Of a stretch of DNA of 24,000 nt, positions 14,454 to 24,000 are shown piece by piece. How positions within the stretch are numbered: position 1 is the stretch's first letter; each line of letters starts with the position of its first letter. The position numbers and the translations under genes are program-made. The notes under the pieces are model-generated. The model ran no database searches and was not told the DNA's origin. It saw only the letters and a list, made by a program, of their open reading frames with translations. Origin of the DNA: Rhodovibrio sp. (GTDB lineage: Bacteria > Pseudomonadota > Alphaproteobacteria > Kiloniellales > Rhodovibrionaceae); assembly GCA_034521655.1 (NCBI GenBank), contig JAXHMD010000040.1:233253-257252 (forward strand), written 5' to 3'.

Positions 14454-17400
14454 CTACTCCCCAGGCTGCGGCGCCGCACCCTCCGGCGCCTCGGCGCGCG
14501 CCGTCTTGCGCTGCTGCGCGCGGCGTTCCAGCGGTTCCACCAAGAGCGTCATCATCGGCGGGACGATCAGCAGGGTGAGCACGGCCGAGAGCGCCAGCCC
14601 GCCGACCACGACCGAGCCCAGGCCGCGGTAGAGCTCCGAGCCGGCGCCCGGGAACACCACCAGCGGCAGCATGCCGAACACGCTGGTGAGGGTGGACATG
14701 AAGATCGGGCGGATGCGGTTGCGCGTCGCGTCCACGATCGCCTGGGCGGGGCGTTCGCCGATCTCGCGGATCAGGTAGAGCGTCTGGTGCACCAGCAGGA
14801 TGGCGTTGTTCACCACGATCCCGATCAGGATCACGAACCCCAGCAGGGTCAGCATGTCGAGCGGCTGGTAGGTGAACAGGTTGAGGACCGCCAGCCCGCC
14901 GATCCCGCCGGCCGCGGCCAAGGGCACCGCGAGCAGCATGATCAGCGGATAGACGAAGCTCTCGAACAGCACCGCCATCACCAGATAGACGATCGCGATC
15001 GCGAGCAGGAGGTCCCAGACCATCGCCTCCCAGGTCTGGGTCAGCTTGTCGGCGGTGCCGGAGATCGCCAGCGTCACGCCTTGCGGCAGGCCCTCCGCCC
15101 GCAGCGGCTGGATCACCTCGCTGCGCAGCAGGTCGGCCGCGGCCTCCAGCGGCAGCTGGGCGGCCGGGCGGACCTCCAGCGTCACGGTGCGCTGGCGCTC
15201 GCGGTGGCGGATCTCGGTCGGGCCGGCGGTGTGGATGACCTGACCCAGGCTGTCCACCGGCAGGATCTGGCCGCCGCGCGTCACCACCGGCAGGTCGCCG
15301 ATCCCCTGGGTCGAGGTGACGTCGTCGCTCGGCCCCTTGAGCATCAGGTCGGTGCGCCGGGTGCCGATCGTGACTTCCTCCACCCGCAGGCCGTCGTTGA
15401 AGGCATCCACGCTGTCGGCGAGCTCGCGCGCGCTCACGCCCGCGTCCGCCAGGCGCACCCGGTCCGGGATCACGCGCAACTCGGGCGCGCCCAGCTCCAG
15501 GCCCGGGTTCGGGCGCAGCTGGTTGCCTTCGGAGAAAGGCAGCACCTGCGTGACCTTGCCGAAGGCGCGCTGGGCGGTTTCCAGAATCGCCGGCAGGTCG
15601 GGCCCGGAGATGTCGAGCTCGATCTTGCGCCCGCCGCCGATGCCCCGGCCGAAGATCGACGGCTGGTTGATGAAGCCGAAGGTGCCGGGCTCCTGGAACA
15701 CTGGATCGCGCAGCACCGGGATCAGCTCGCCCACGCGCTGTTCCTGCTGCGCCGCCGCGCCGACGAAGGTCTGGGCGCGGGTGGCGACGAAGAAGAAGCG
15801 GGAGATCTTGGGCGGCCCGCCGGGTTCGGCTTCCGGCCCGGTTTCGGAGACCCAGAGGTGGCGCACCTCCTCCTCGATCTCGCGGGCGATCTCGAAGGTG
15901 GTGTCAAGGTTGTAGCCGGGCGGCGGGATGATCACGCCCAGCACCAGGTTGCGGTTGCCCTCCGGCAGGTACTCCAGCTTGGGCAGCAGCAGCCAGACGG
16001 CCGCGGCGGCCGCCAGCGTCACCGCCGCCACCGTGCCGGCGGAGGCGATACGGCTTTTCACCAGCAGCCGCTGGACGCCCATGATCGCCCGCACCACCGC
16101 TTCCGCCGCCGGATCGATCACGGGGATGCGCGCGCGGGTCAGGCTTGCCGGCTTGCGGCCCAGGTGCTCCTCGGGATCGCCGAAACCGAGCAGCCGCTGG
16201 GCGAGCGCCGGGATCACCGTGATCGCCACGATCAGCGAGAGCGTGACGGCGAACGAGATCGCGACCGCGATGTCGCGGAACAGCTGGCCGACTTCCAGCT
16301 GCATGGTCAGGATCGGGATGAACACCATGACCGTGGTGAGCGCGGACACCAGGATCGCGCCCCAGACCTGGCTCGCGCCCTCGTAGGCCGCGTGGCGGGC
16401 GGAATAGCCCTTCTCGCGCAAGCGGTAGATGTTCTCCAGCACGACGATCGCGGCGTCCACCACCATGCCGATGGCGAACGCCAGCCCGGCGAGCGAGATC
16501 ACGTTGATCGTCCGCCCAAGCGCGGCCATCGCGACGAACGCGCCGATCACCGACACCGGGATCGCCAGCGAGACGACGAGCGAGGCGCGCACCGAGCGCA
16601 GGAACAAGAGCAGCAGCACCGCCGCGAACGCGCCGCCGACGTAGATGTTCTGGTTCACCAGCCCGATCGCGGACTCGATGTAGACCGTCTCGTCGTAGAC
16701 CTGGGTGAGGCTGAGACCGACGCCCGGGATCGGCCCGCGGTTCAGTTCCTGGAGCGCGGCGCGCACGCCGGCCATCGTCTCGATCACGTTCGCGCCGGTC
16801 TCGCGCACCGCGTTCATGGCGAGCGCGCTCTCGCCGTTGAAGCGGATGCGCGCGCTCGGCTCCTTGTAGCCGAAGCGCACGTCGGCGATGTCGGCCACCG
16901 TGACCCGGCCGAGGCCACCCGTCGACGCGCCGGCCGCGCCGGGCGCCCCGGCCGCGCGCAGCACCACCGCCTCGACCGACGCGACGCTGTCCAGTTCGCC
17001 CTCGGAGCGCACGACGTAGCGGCGCTTGCCCTCCTTCACGTCGCCCGCGGAGACGGCGACGTTGGCCTCGCGCAGGGCGCCCACGACCTGGCTTACGGTC
17101 AGGCCGTAGCGCGCCATCAGATCCGGCCGGACGATCACCTCCAGCTGGCGTTCGCTGCCGCCGAAGACGTTGATCCGGGCGATCCCGTCGACCCGCTCCA
17201 GGCGCTCCTGCACCACGTCCTCGACGAAGTCGCCGTACTGGTGCATCGGCCGGTCGTTGCCGGCGAGCGGCGTGAAGATGAACCACGCGATCGCGCTGTC
17301 GCTGGCCCCGGAGGTGTCGAGCGTGGGCTCCACCACCTCGGCCGGATAGCCGGAGACACGGTCCAGGCGGTTCGCCACCAGCAGCAGCGACTGGCTCATG

Positions 17401-17699
17401 TCGGTGCCCACACCGAACTCCAGCTCGACCTCCGCCTTGCCGGTTTGCGCCATGCCAGTCAGGCGTTCCAGGCCCTGCAGGCCCTTCAGCGCGTCTTCCT
17501 GGCGGGTAACGATCTCGCGCTCGACCTCCGCCGGCGCGGCGCCGGGCCAGAGCGTCTCCACCGTGATCACCGGCTGGCGCACGTCGGGGGCGAGCTGGAC
17601 GGGGGTCGCCTTGAGCGCGACCAGGCCGAACATGACCACCATCAAAACGGCCGCGATGACGGCGATCGGCCGTTCGATCGCCAGACGGATCGGGTTCAT
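14454..17699 (-). CDS. RND efflux transporter permease subunit (AcrB/HAE-type), 1081 aa
   Basis: It has typical RND length and architecture, starting MNPIRLAIERPIAVIAAVLMVVMFG, with two large periplasmic loops and 12 TM-like segments. It starts 6 nt after the adaptor gene. Confidence 0.95.
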   Translation of the reverse strand: MNPIRLAIERPIAVIAAVLMVVMFGLVALKATPVQLAPDVRQPVITVETLWPGAAPAEVEREIVTRQEDALKGLQGLERLTGMAQTGKAEVELEFGVGTDMSQSLLLVANRLDRVSGYPAEVVEPTLDTSGASDSAIAWFIFTPLAGNDRPMHQYGDFVEDVVQERLERVDGIARINVFGGSERQLEVIVRPDLMARYGLTVSQVVGALREANVAVSAGDVKEGKRRYVVRSEGELDSVASVEAVVLRAAGAPGAAGASTGGLGRVTVADIADVRFGYKEPSARIRFNGESALAMNAVRETGANVIETMAGVRAALQELNRGPIPGVGLSLTQVYDETVYIESAIGLVNQNIYVGGAFAAVLLLLFLRSVRASLVVSLAIPVSVIGAFVAMAALGRTINVISLAGLAFAIGMVVDAAIVVLENIYRLREKGYSARHAAYEGASQVWGAILVSALTTVMVFIPILTMQLEVGQLFRDIAVAISFAVTLSLIVAITVIPALAQRLLGFGDPEEHLGRKPASLTRARIPVIDPAAEAVVRAIMGVQRLLVKSRIASAGTVAAVTLAAAAAVWLLLPKLEYLPEGNRNLVLGVIIPPPGYNLDTTFEIAREIEEEVRHLWVSETGPEAEPGGPPKISRFFFVATRAQTFVGAAAQQEQRVGELIPVLRDPVFQEPGTFGFINQPSIFGRGIGGGRKIELDISGPDLPAILETAQRAFGKVTQVLPFSEGNQLRPNPGLELGAPELRVIPDRVRLADAGVSARELADSVDAFNDGLRVEEVTIGTRRTDLMLKGPSDDVTSTQGIGDLPVVTRGGQILPVDSLGQVIHTAGPTEIRHRERQRTVTLEVRPAAQLPLEAAADLLRSEVIQPLRAEGLPQGVTLAISGTADKLTQTWEAMVWDLLLAIAIVYLVMAVLFESFVYPLIMLLAVPLAAAGGIGGLAVLNLFTYQPLDMLTLLGFVILIGIVVNNAILLVHQTLYLIREIGERPAQAIVDATRNRIRPIFMSTLTSVFGMLPLVVFPGAGSELYRGLGSVVVGGLALSAVLTLLIVPPMMTLLVEPLERRAQQRKTARAEAPEGAAPQPGE

Positions 17700-17705
17700 G
17701 GCCGG

Positions 17706-18926
17706 TTACGATCCGTCGCCCGCCGGCGCGCCCGGCTCGGCGCCGGGATCGACGGCGGTTTGCGGGCCCAGGCGCTTTTCGATGTTGAGCGGCTGGCCGG
17801 GCCGCAGCCGTTCGTTGCCGCGCACCACCGTCAAGTCGCCTGGGCTCAGGCCCTCGATCACCTCGAAGCGGGGCCCGACCTCGACGCCCAGCTGCACCGG
17901 CCGCACTGCTGCCTTGCCGTCGTTGAACAGGTAGACGACCGCCTGATCGCCCTGGCGCACGATCGCGTCCTTGTGCACCGACAGCACGTCGCGCCGCGCG
18001 CCCACCGGCACCTGCACGGTGACCGACTGGCCGCTCGCCAGGCGGGTGTCGTCGGGCGTGAATTGGGGTACGAAGCGCACGGTGCGGGTGCGCGTGTTCG
18101 GGTTCTCCTCCGGCAGGATCGCGCGCACGCGCGCCGGCCGGGTCCGGGCGTCGTTGACCGTCTCGCCGAAGGTGAAGCTAAGCTCGGTGCCGGGGTTGAG
18201 TCCGGCCAGACGACGCGCCGGCACGTCCGCCTCGATCTCCAGGGCTTCCTCGGAGACCAGGCGCACCAGCGGCTGCCCGCTCTGGGCGTAGGCGCCGGCC
18301 TCCAGATAGCGCGCGACCACCGTCCCGGCGTAGGGCGCGGTGACCTCGGTCCGCTCGGCCTGGATGCGGGCCAGCTCGTAGTCCGCCTGCGCCCGGCCGA
18401 TCGCCGCCCGGGCCGCGGCCAGGTCCGCGCGTGCGATCGCGGCCGCCTGGCGCTGGTCGTCGAAGCGGCCCTGGCTGAACGCGGCGGAGCCCTGCAGACC
18501 CTGCAGGCGCGCCAGGCCCTGTTCGGCCAGCGCCAGCTGCTCCTGCCGGCTGCTCAGCTCCGCCCGCGCCTGGGCGAGCGCGGCGCGTGCCTGGTCGCGG
18601 CGGGCCGCCAGCACCGCGTCGTCGAGCAGGGCAACCGGCTGGCCCCGGTCGACCGTGTCGCCGACCTCCACCAGGTAGCTGTCGATCGGCGCCGCCACGC
18701 GGGCGGCGACGTCGCCGGCGCGGGTCGCGACCAGCCGGCCGATCACCGGGGCGGTCTGGGCCAGCGGCACCTCGCGCACCGCGTCGACGTGCACCCCCGC
18801 CGGCCCGCCCTGCGCCATCGCCGGCGATAACGGCAGGGCGAGCGCGAGGCCCACGAACGCGCCCAGAGCGAACGCGCCCAGGGTGAGCGCGCGTGCACTC
18901 AGCTGTCGCGGCCGGAACGCAACCAA
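17706..18926 (-). CDS. efflux RND transporter periplasmic adaptor (MFP) subunit, 406 aa
   Basis: It has a signal/anchor (LTLGAFALGAFVGLALALPLSPAMA), a lipoyl-like region, an alpha-hairpin (AQARAELSSRQEQLALAEQGLARLQGL...) and a beta-barrel, and sits directly upstream of the RND permease. The TTG start at 18926 is the only in-frame start before the signal peptide, so the start is uncertain. Confidence 0.88.
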   Translation of the reverse strand: MVAFRPRQLSARALTLGAFALGAFVGLALALPLSPAMAQGGPAGVHVDAVREVPLAQTAPVIGRLVATRAGDVAARVAAPIDSYLVEVGDTVDRGQPVALLDDAVLAARRDQARAALAQARAELSSRQEQLALAEQGLARLQGLQGSAAFSQGRFDDQRQAAAIARADLAAARAAIGRAQADYELARIQAERTEVTAPYAGTVVARYLEAGAYAQSGQPLVRLVSEEALEIEADVPARRLAGLNPGTELSFTFGETVNDARTRPARVRAILPEENPNTRTRTVRFVPQFTPDDTRLASGQSVTVQVPVGARRDVLSVHKDAIVRQGDQAVVYLFNDGKAAVRPVQLGVEVGPRFEVIEGLSPGDLTVVRGNERLRPGQPLNIEKRLGPQTAVDPGAEPGAPAGDGS

Positions 18927-19282
18927 TCTTCGAAGCAGGGGACGTCTCCCAGGTTAAAGCGCGGCCGGGCGCCACAGGGCACGACAAGGCCGGGCGGCCG
19001 ACGCAAGACCGTTAGATAGCGCAGTCTATAATAAAAGCAATTTTGAACCTATTACGGATTGGCGACCGTGGCCGCGCGTTGACATCGACCCGGCGGTACG
19101 CTCGGCTTACGCTCACGCGAAGGCGTCCGTGTCGCGCGGCGCGGGCCACACCTCAGGCGTGTCCGCGGCAATCGGCCGCTTGCGTGCGGTGCACGCGGGC
19201 GAGACGCTCACAACAGGCGCGCGGCAGCACGCCCAAGCGCGGGCAACCGACGCCGTCACGGGGAGGCGACAGGGCACACGCG

Positions 19283-20212
19283 ATGACCACACGGCTGTAC
19301 TGGCACACCGACTGCTTCAACCACGACCCGGGCCGGATGCACCCGGAGCATCCCTCGCGCCTGAAGGCCGTTTTGAAGGCGCTGGAGGGCGAGGCGTTCG
19401 CCGATCTGGACCGGCACGAGTGCCCGATGGGCACGACCGAGCAGGTCGCCCGGGTGCACCCGCAGAAGTACATCGACAACATGCAAGCCCTGATCCCGGA
19501 CGAGGGCATGGCGCCGATCGACGCCGACACCAACGTCTCGCCCGGCTCCTGGGACGCGGCCTTGCGGGCGGTGGGCGGCGTCTGCGCGGCCGTCGACGCG
19601 GTCGTGACGGGTGACTGCGACAACGCCTTCTGCGCGATCCGCCCGCCGGGCCACCACGCCGAGCGCGCGCGCTCGATGGGCTTCTGCCTGTTCTCCAACG
19701 TCGCGATCGGCGCGCTGCACGCCCGCGCGGTGCACAGCCAGCACCGGATCGCGGTGGTCGACTTCGACGTCCACCACGGCAACGGCACGCAGGACATCTT
19801 CTGGGACGACCCGGACCTGTGGCTGGCTTCGACCCACCAGTGGGGGATCTATCCCGGCACCGGCAAGGCGGGCGATCGCGGCTGCGCCAACAACATCGTC
19901 AACGCGCCGCTGCCGGCGATGACCGGGTCGGAGGGTTTCCGGCAGGCCTGCTCCGACATCGTGCTGCCGCAGCTCGCCAAGTTCCAGCCCGACCTGATCC
20001 TGATCTCCGCCGGCTTCGACGCCCACGTGAAGGACCCGCTGGCCGCGCTGTGCCTGGAGGAGGACGACTTCACCTGGATCACCGAGCAGATCATGAAGGT
20101 CGCCCGCTCGGCCAACGGCGGCAAGATCGTCTCGGTGATGGAAGGCGGCTACGAGCCGGACTCCATGGCCGCCAGCGCGGCGGCGCACGTCAAGGCGTTG
20201 ATGGCGGGGTAG
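19283..20212 (+). CDS. histone deacetylase family (class II HDAC-like / acetylpolyamine-type) amidohydrolase, 309 aa
   Basis: HPEHPSRL, RPPGHHA, DFDVHHGNGTQ, SAGFDAH and MEGGY motifs are present. The ATG at 19283 was chosen; the upstream track extension is Arg/Ala-rich. Confidence 0.9.
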   Translation: MTTRLYWHTDCFNHDPGRMHPEHPSRLKAVLKALEGEAFADLDRHECPMGTTEQVARVHPQKYIDNMQALIPDEGMAPIDADTNVSPGSWDAALRAVGGVCAAVDAVVTGDCDNAFCAIRPPGHHAERARSMGFCLFSNVAIGALHARAVHSQHRIAVVDFDVHHGNGTQDIFWDDPDLWLASTHQWGIYPGTGKAGDRGCANNIVNAPLPAMTGSEGFRQACSDIVLPQLAKFQPDLILISAGFDAHVKDPLAALCLEEDDFTWITEQIMKVARSANGGKIVSVMEGGYEPDSMAASAAAHVKALMAG

Positions 20213-20243
20213 GGCGAGCCTGTAGGTTCCTTATGTCGTAACC

Positions 20244-20335
20244 TGTAGGGTGGGTTCGCCGCGTAGCGGCAACCCACCATCCGGTGTTTGCGACGCTACC
20301 GCCGTTCGGTGGGTTGCTTCGCGAACCTACCCTAC
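20244..20335. repeat. pair of inverted REP-like hairpin units (same family as 14360-14444)
   Basis: Unit A is 20244-20278: TGTAGGGTGGGTTCGCCGCGTAGCGGCAACCCACC. Unit B is 20308-20335, whose reverse complement reads GTAGGGTAGGTTCGCGAAGCAACCCACC. Compared with 14360-14395, the stem differs by paired changes (GCA/TGC versus GGG/CCC). Confidence 0.6.
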
Positions 20336-20375
20336 GCGCTGTCGGTGACACGGACCGTACGCGAGTCCGGCGGGC

Positions 20376-20526
20376 GCTTCGGCGGGTCCCTCTCCCTTGA
20401 GGGGAGAGGATAGGTGAGGGTGGGACTCCTCGCCCTGCGCTGGGGAGTCCCACCCTCACCCTCCCACGCCGCTGTGCGGCGCGGGCCCCTCCCTCTCCCC
20501 TCAAGGGAGAGGGGGTTCGCCCGAAG
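20376..20526. repeat. nested palindromic intergenic repeat
   Basis: The inner arms are a perfect 17 bp: GGTGAGGGTGGGACTCC (20413-29) with GGAGTCCCACCCTCACC (20444-60). The outer elements, CCCTCTCCCTTGAGGGGAGAGG (about 20388-20409) and CCTCTCCCCTCAAGGGAGAGGG (about 20492-20513), are mutually inverted, and each is itself a hairpin. The outermost GCTTCGGCGGG / CGCCCGAAGC are also roughly complementary. Confidence 0.7.
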
Positions 20527-20661
20527 CCACCTCGATCCCCAGCCACCGCCCGCGCGCTTGCCGCCACCGGGGCGCGCGTCTACAGTCCGCGCCCACGCGG
20601 TCCCACGGCATGGGCCGGGTCCGTTCGATCCACGCCAGCTTCAAGACGGGTTTCGGTCGAC

Positions 20662-20967
20662 ATGGCGCAGCAGAACAAGCAGGCCGGCGGCGACGACGCC
20701 AGTCAGGGCGGGCCGCCGCAGGACGTCCAGCAGATGAGCTTCGAGGACGCGCTCGCGGAGCTGAAGCAGATCGTCGAGCGCCTGGAGAAGGGCGAGGGCA
20801 AGCTCGACGAGGCGATCCAGGCCTACGAGCGCGGCGCCCACCTGAAGCGCCACTGCGAGCAGAAGCTGAAGGAAGCCGAGGCCAAGATCGAGAAGATCCG
20901 GGTTTCCGGGGCCGGCTCCGACGGCAGCGGCGGCGAGGTGTCGACCGAACCGCTGGACGTCGAGTAG
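20662..20967 (+). CDS. xseB: exodeoxyribonuclease VII small subunit
   Basis: SFEDALAELKQIVERLEKGEGKLDEAIQAYERGAHLKRHCEQKL is typical of XseB. An alternative start at 20734 would give a more usual length. Confidence 0.9.
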   Translation: MAQQNKQAGGDDASQGGPPQDVQQMSFEDALAELKQIVERLEKGEGKLDEAIQAYERGAHLKRHCEQKLKEAEAKIEKIRVSGAGSDGSGGEVSTEPLDVE

Positions 20968-20979
20968 GCGCGCCCGGCC

Positions 20980-21867
20980 GTGACCGACCTCAGCGAATCG
21001 CTCAAAAGCACCGCCGCGGCCGTCACCCGCCAGCTGGACGAGCTGCTGCCGCAGGCCGGCGGTCCCCGCGGCCGGGTCGTCGAGGCGATGCGCTACGCGT
21101 GCCTGGGCGGCGGCAAGCGCCTGCGGCCCTTCCTCACGGTCGCGAGCGCCCGGCTGTTCGACGTGCGCGATCCGCGCGCGCTCCGGGTCGCCGCGGCGGT
21201 CGAGATGGTGCACTGCTATTCCCTGGTGCACGACGACCTGCCGGCGATGGACAATAGCGACCTGCGCCGCGGCCAGCCGACGGTCCACCGCAAGTTCGAC
21301 GGCGCGACCGCGATCCTGGCGGGCGACGGCCTGTTGACCGAAGCCTTCGCCATCCTGAGCGAGCCCGCGACCCACAAGGACGCCCAGATCCGCGGCGAGC
21401 TGACCCGCGGACTCGCCGAGGCGGCGGGCGCGCGCGGCATGGTCGGCGGCCAGCAGGTCGACATGTCCGACGAGCGCTCCGAGCTCGACCTGGACGGCAT
21501 CACCGAACTGCAGCGGATGAAGACCGGCGCGCTGATCGAGTTCGCCTGCGAGGCGGGCGCGATCCTGGGCGGCGCCGATCCGGAGTCCCGGGCCGCGCTG
21601 CGCGCCTACGCCCGCGACCTGGGGCTCGCGTTCCAGATCGCCGACGACCTGTTGGACGTCGAGGCGTCGACCGAGCAGGCGGGCAAGCCGACCGGTCAGG
21701 ACGCGCTCGCCGGCAAGGCGACCTTCGTCGGCCTGATGGGCCAGAAGCGCGCCCGCATCCGGGCGGAGGAACTGGTCGATTCCGCCTGCGGCCACCTGGA
21801 CCGTTTCGGCGAAAAGGCCGATCTGCTGCGGCACACGGCGCAGTTTGTGGTCAACCGGCGGTCATAG
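20980..21867 (+). CDS. ispA: farnesyl diphosphate synthase (polyprenyl synthetase family)
   Basis: The first ([17 protein letters not shown]) and second (FQIADDLLD) Asp-rich motifs are present. The start is GTG. It has the conserved xseB-ispA-dxs context. Confidence 0.9.
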   Translation: MTDLSESLKSTAAAVTRQLDELLPQAGGPRGRVVEAMRYACLGGGKRLRPFLTVASARLFDVRDPRALRVAAAVEMVHCYSLVHDDLPAMDNSDLRRGQPTVHRKFDGATAILAGDGLLTEAFAILSEPATHKDAQIRGELTRGLAEAAGARGMVGGQQVDMSDERSELDLDGITELQRMKTGALIEFACEAGAILGGADPESRAALRAYARDLGLAFQIADDLLDVEASTEQAGKPTGQDALAGKATFVGLMGQKRARIRAEELVDSACGHLDRFGEKADLLRHTAQFVVNRRS

Positions 21868-21934
21868 CCTTAGGTCAGACGGGTGGGTGCGGGTGAAACC
21901 GCGCCGCAGCGCCCGTTCGCGAGGGAGAGCTTGT

Positions 21935-23860
21935 TTGCGTAACGACACCAAGACCCCGCTGCTCGACACCGTTCAGGAGCCAGCGGACCTGCGCCGGCTG
22001 AACGACGGGCAGCTGCGCCAGCTGGCCGACGAGCTGCGCCTGGACACGATCGACAAGGTCGCGGAGACCGGCGGCCATCTGGGCGCCGGGCTGGGCGTGG
22101 TCGAGCTGACGACGGCGATCCACTACGTCTTCGACACCCCGGCGGACAAGCTGATCTGGGACGTTTCCCACCAGTGCTACCCGCACAAGATCCTGACCGG
22201 CCGGCGCGATCGCATGACGACCCTGCGCCAGGGCGGCGGCCTCTCCGGCTTCACCAGCCGGGCGGAGAGTGACTACGACCCGTTCGGCGCGGCGCACTCC
22301 TCGACCTCGATCTCGGCCGGGCTCGGCTACGCGGTGGCGCGCGACCGCAAGGGGCAGGACAACCACGTGGTCGCGGTGATCGGCGACGGCGCGATGTCGG
22401 CCGGCATGGCCTACGAGGCGATGAACAACGCCGGCGCCATGAACAGCCGGCTGATCGTGATCCTGAACGACAACGACATGTCGATCGCCCCGCCGGTGGG
22501 CGCGATGAGCGCGTACCTCTCGCGCATCCTGTCGTCGCGCGCTACCGCTCGGTGCGCGGGGCGATGCGCGACCTGTCGCACCAGTTCCCGCGCCCGGTGC
22601 GCGAGGCCGCCCGGCGGGCCGAGGAGTACACCCGCGGCCTGTTCACCGGCGGCACGCTGTTCGAGGAGATGGGCTTCTACTACGTCGGCCCGATCGACGG
22701 CCACAACCTCGACCACCTGTTGCCGGTGCTGCGCAACGTCCGGGATACCGACAGCGACGGCCCGATCCTGGTCCACTGCGTGACGCAGAAGGGCAAGGGC
22801 TACGAGCCGGCCGAGGGGGCGGCGGACAAGTACCACGGGGTCGCCAAGTTCGACGTGGTCACCGGCAAGCAGGCCAAGCCGACCCCGCAGGCGCCCAGCT
22901 ACACCGGCACCTTCGCCCAGGCGCTGATCCAGGAGGCCGAGGCCGACCAGCGGGTGATGGCGGTGACCGCGGCGATGCCGGGGGGCACCGGGCTCGACAA
23001 GTTCGGCGAGAAGTTCCCCGAGCGCACCTTCGATGTGGGCATCGCCGAGCAGCACGCGGTCACCTTCTGCGCCGGGCTGGCGTGCGAGGGCATGAAGCCG
23101 TTCGCGGCGATCTACTCGACCTTCCTGCAGCGCGCCTACGACCAGGTGGTGCACGACGTGGCGATCCAGAACCTGCCCGTGCGCTTCGCCATCGACCGCG
23201 CGGGCATGGTGGGCGCGGACGGCGTCACCCACCAGGGCAGCTACGACGTGACCTACCTGGGCACGCTGCCCAACTTCACCCTGATGGCCGCGGGCGACGA
23301 GGCGGAGCTGATGCACATGGTCGCCACCGCGGCCGCCTACGACGACGGCCCGATCGCCTTCCGCTACCCGCGCGGCGAGGGGCTGGGCGTGGCGATGCCC
23401 GAACGCGGTCAGGTGCTGGAGATCGGCCGCGGCCGGGTGGTGCGCGAGGGCAGCAAGGTCGCGATCCTGTCCTACGGCGGCCGGCTTGGGCGCGGCGCTG
23501 CAGGCCGCCGACGACCTGGCGGCGCGCGGGCTGTCGACGACGGTCGCGGACGCGCGCTTCGCCAAGCCGCTGGACCGCGATCTGGTGCGCCGGCTGGCGC
23601 GCGAGCACGAGGTCTTGCTGACGGTGGAGGAGGGCGCGATCGGCGGCTTCGCCACCCAGGTGATGACGCTCTTGGCCGAGGAAGGCCTGCTCGACCACGG
23701 CCTGAAGATCCGGCCGATGACCCTGCCGGACCGCTTCATCGACCACGACAAGCCCGACCAGCAGCTCGAAGCCGCCGGCCTCAACGCCCACCACATGGTC
23801 GCCAAGGCGCTCGACGCGCTGGGCTACGAGGCGGCGGATACCGGCTCGCTCAGGGCGTGA
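21935..23860 (+). pseudogene. dxs: 1-deoxy-D-xylulose-5-phosphate synthase, reading frame broken twice (about 22541-22543 and 23488-23490)
   Basis: Three consecutive frame segments together give a complete DXS: TPLLDTV...[13 protein letters not shown]...[19 protein letters not shown] / [11 protein letters not shown]...[11 protein letters not shown]...[12 protein letters not shown]...[16 protein letters not shown] / [34 protein letters not shown] start at 21935 follows a GAGGGAGAG RBS. One nucleotide appears to be missing near 22541 and one extra in the GGG run at 23488-23490. This may be a sequencing error rather than a true pseudogene. Confidence 0.88.
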
Positions 23861-24000
23861 GCCAGGCCCCGCGACCGGCCCGAACGTGCTTCGACAGGGC
23901 CACCGTCGGCGCCTGTGCGGCATGACGTTGAATGTGTTGTAAGTTCCAGAACGGTGTGCGGCCTCCTGATCGAGCTGGTCGCCTCGAACGAGGCAGCTGC

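Noticed and set aside
14433-18830. A 1465-aa plus-strand ORF spanning the whole RND operon. Similar very long ORFs occur at 11465-13564 (+), 2446-3693 (-), 512-1465 (-), 9870-11330 (+), 20641-21834 (-) and 22411-23805 (-).
   Set aside because: These are antisense shadows of well-supported genes. The translations are low-complexity (Arg/Ala/Gly/Pro/His/Asp-rich) with no recognisable domains. Long stop-free antisense frames are expected in GC-rich DNA with strong GC3 bias.
14454-18926. The RND adaptor/permease pair considered as an unusual system, since no outer-membrane factor or regulator is adjacent.
   Set aside because: Two-gene RND operons that use an unlinked TolC-like channel are common. 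Nothing in the sequence marks this pair as atypical.
18927-19282. An AT-rich island (around 19020-19060, including TCTATAATAAAAGC) and a TTGACA at 19079-19084 between the RND operon and the HDAC-like gene, considered as possible promoters or operators.
   Set aside because: Divergent promoters are plausible here, but no correctly spaced -35/-10 pair or clear operator palindrome could be defined. No TetR-type regulator gene is adjacent.

Overview
This is a GC-rich chromosomal segment that looks alphaproteobacterial: it has the xseB-ispA-dxs gene order, a PAS_5-type small PAS protein, and REP-like repeats. Most of it is ordinary housekeeping or accessory metabolism.

Gene content, left to right:
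- The 3' end of a Cys-rich ORF, a translationally coupled small ORF, and a group-3 sigma-70 family factor.
- Flavocytochrome c sulfide dehydrogenase (monohaem cytochrome c plus the FAD subunit).
- A convergent proline-rich lipoprotein gene.
- A single-ORF IS66-like insertion sequence with a frameshifted transposase.
- A repeat-rich, less GC-rich patch containing a PAS_5 gene.
- A possible zinc-ribbon mini-protein and a small secreted protein.
- A translationally coupled pair on the minus strand: an HlyD-type membrane-fusion protein and a BcsA-like family-2 glycosyltransferase with a C-terminal PilZ domain.
- glpK and a SAM-dependent methyltransferase.
- A repeat-filled convergent intergenic region.
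- An RND efflux pair (adaptor plus permease).
- A class-II HDAC-like deacetylase.
- More nested palindromic repeats.
- xseB, ispA, and a dxs gene broken by two single-base frameshifts.

I found no rRNA, tRNA or CRISPR array, and no recognisable defence island or clear-cut novel multi-gene system.

The items most worth a second look:
1. The MFP plus BcsA/PilZ glycan-synthase module, which has no bcsB/Z/C nearby.
2. A ~52-bp repeat family (two near-identical direct copies and one diverged inverted copy) that brackets the PAS_5 gene and carries a hairpin kept intact by a compensatory base change.
3. MITE/REP-like structured repeats shared between two distant intergenic regions.
4. Three single-base frame disruptions, two of them clearly at GGG runs. 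They include two in the normally essential dxs gene, so sequence quality needs checking before any pseudogene is called.

All homology statements come from reading the translated ORFs by eye. No database search was run.
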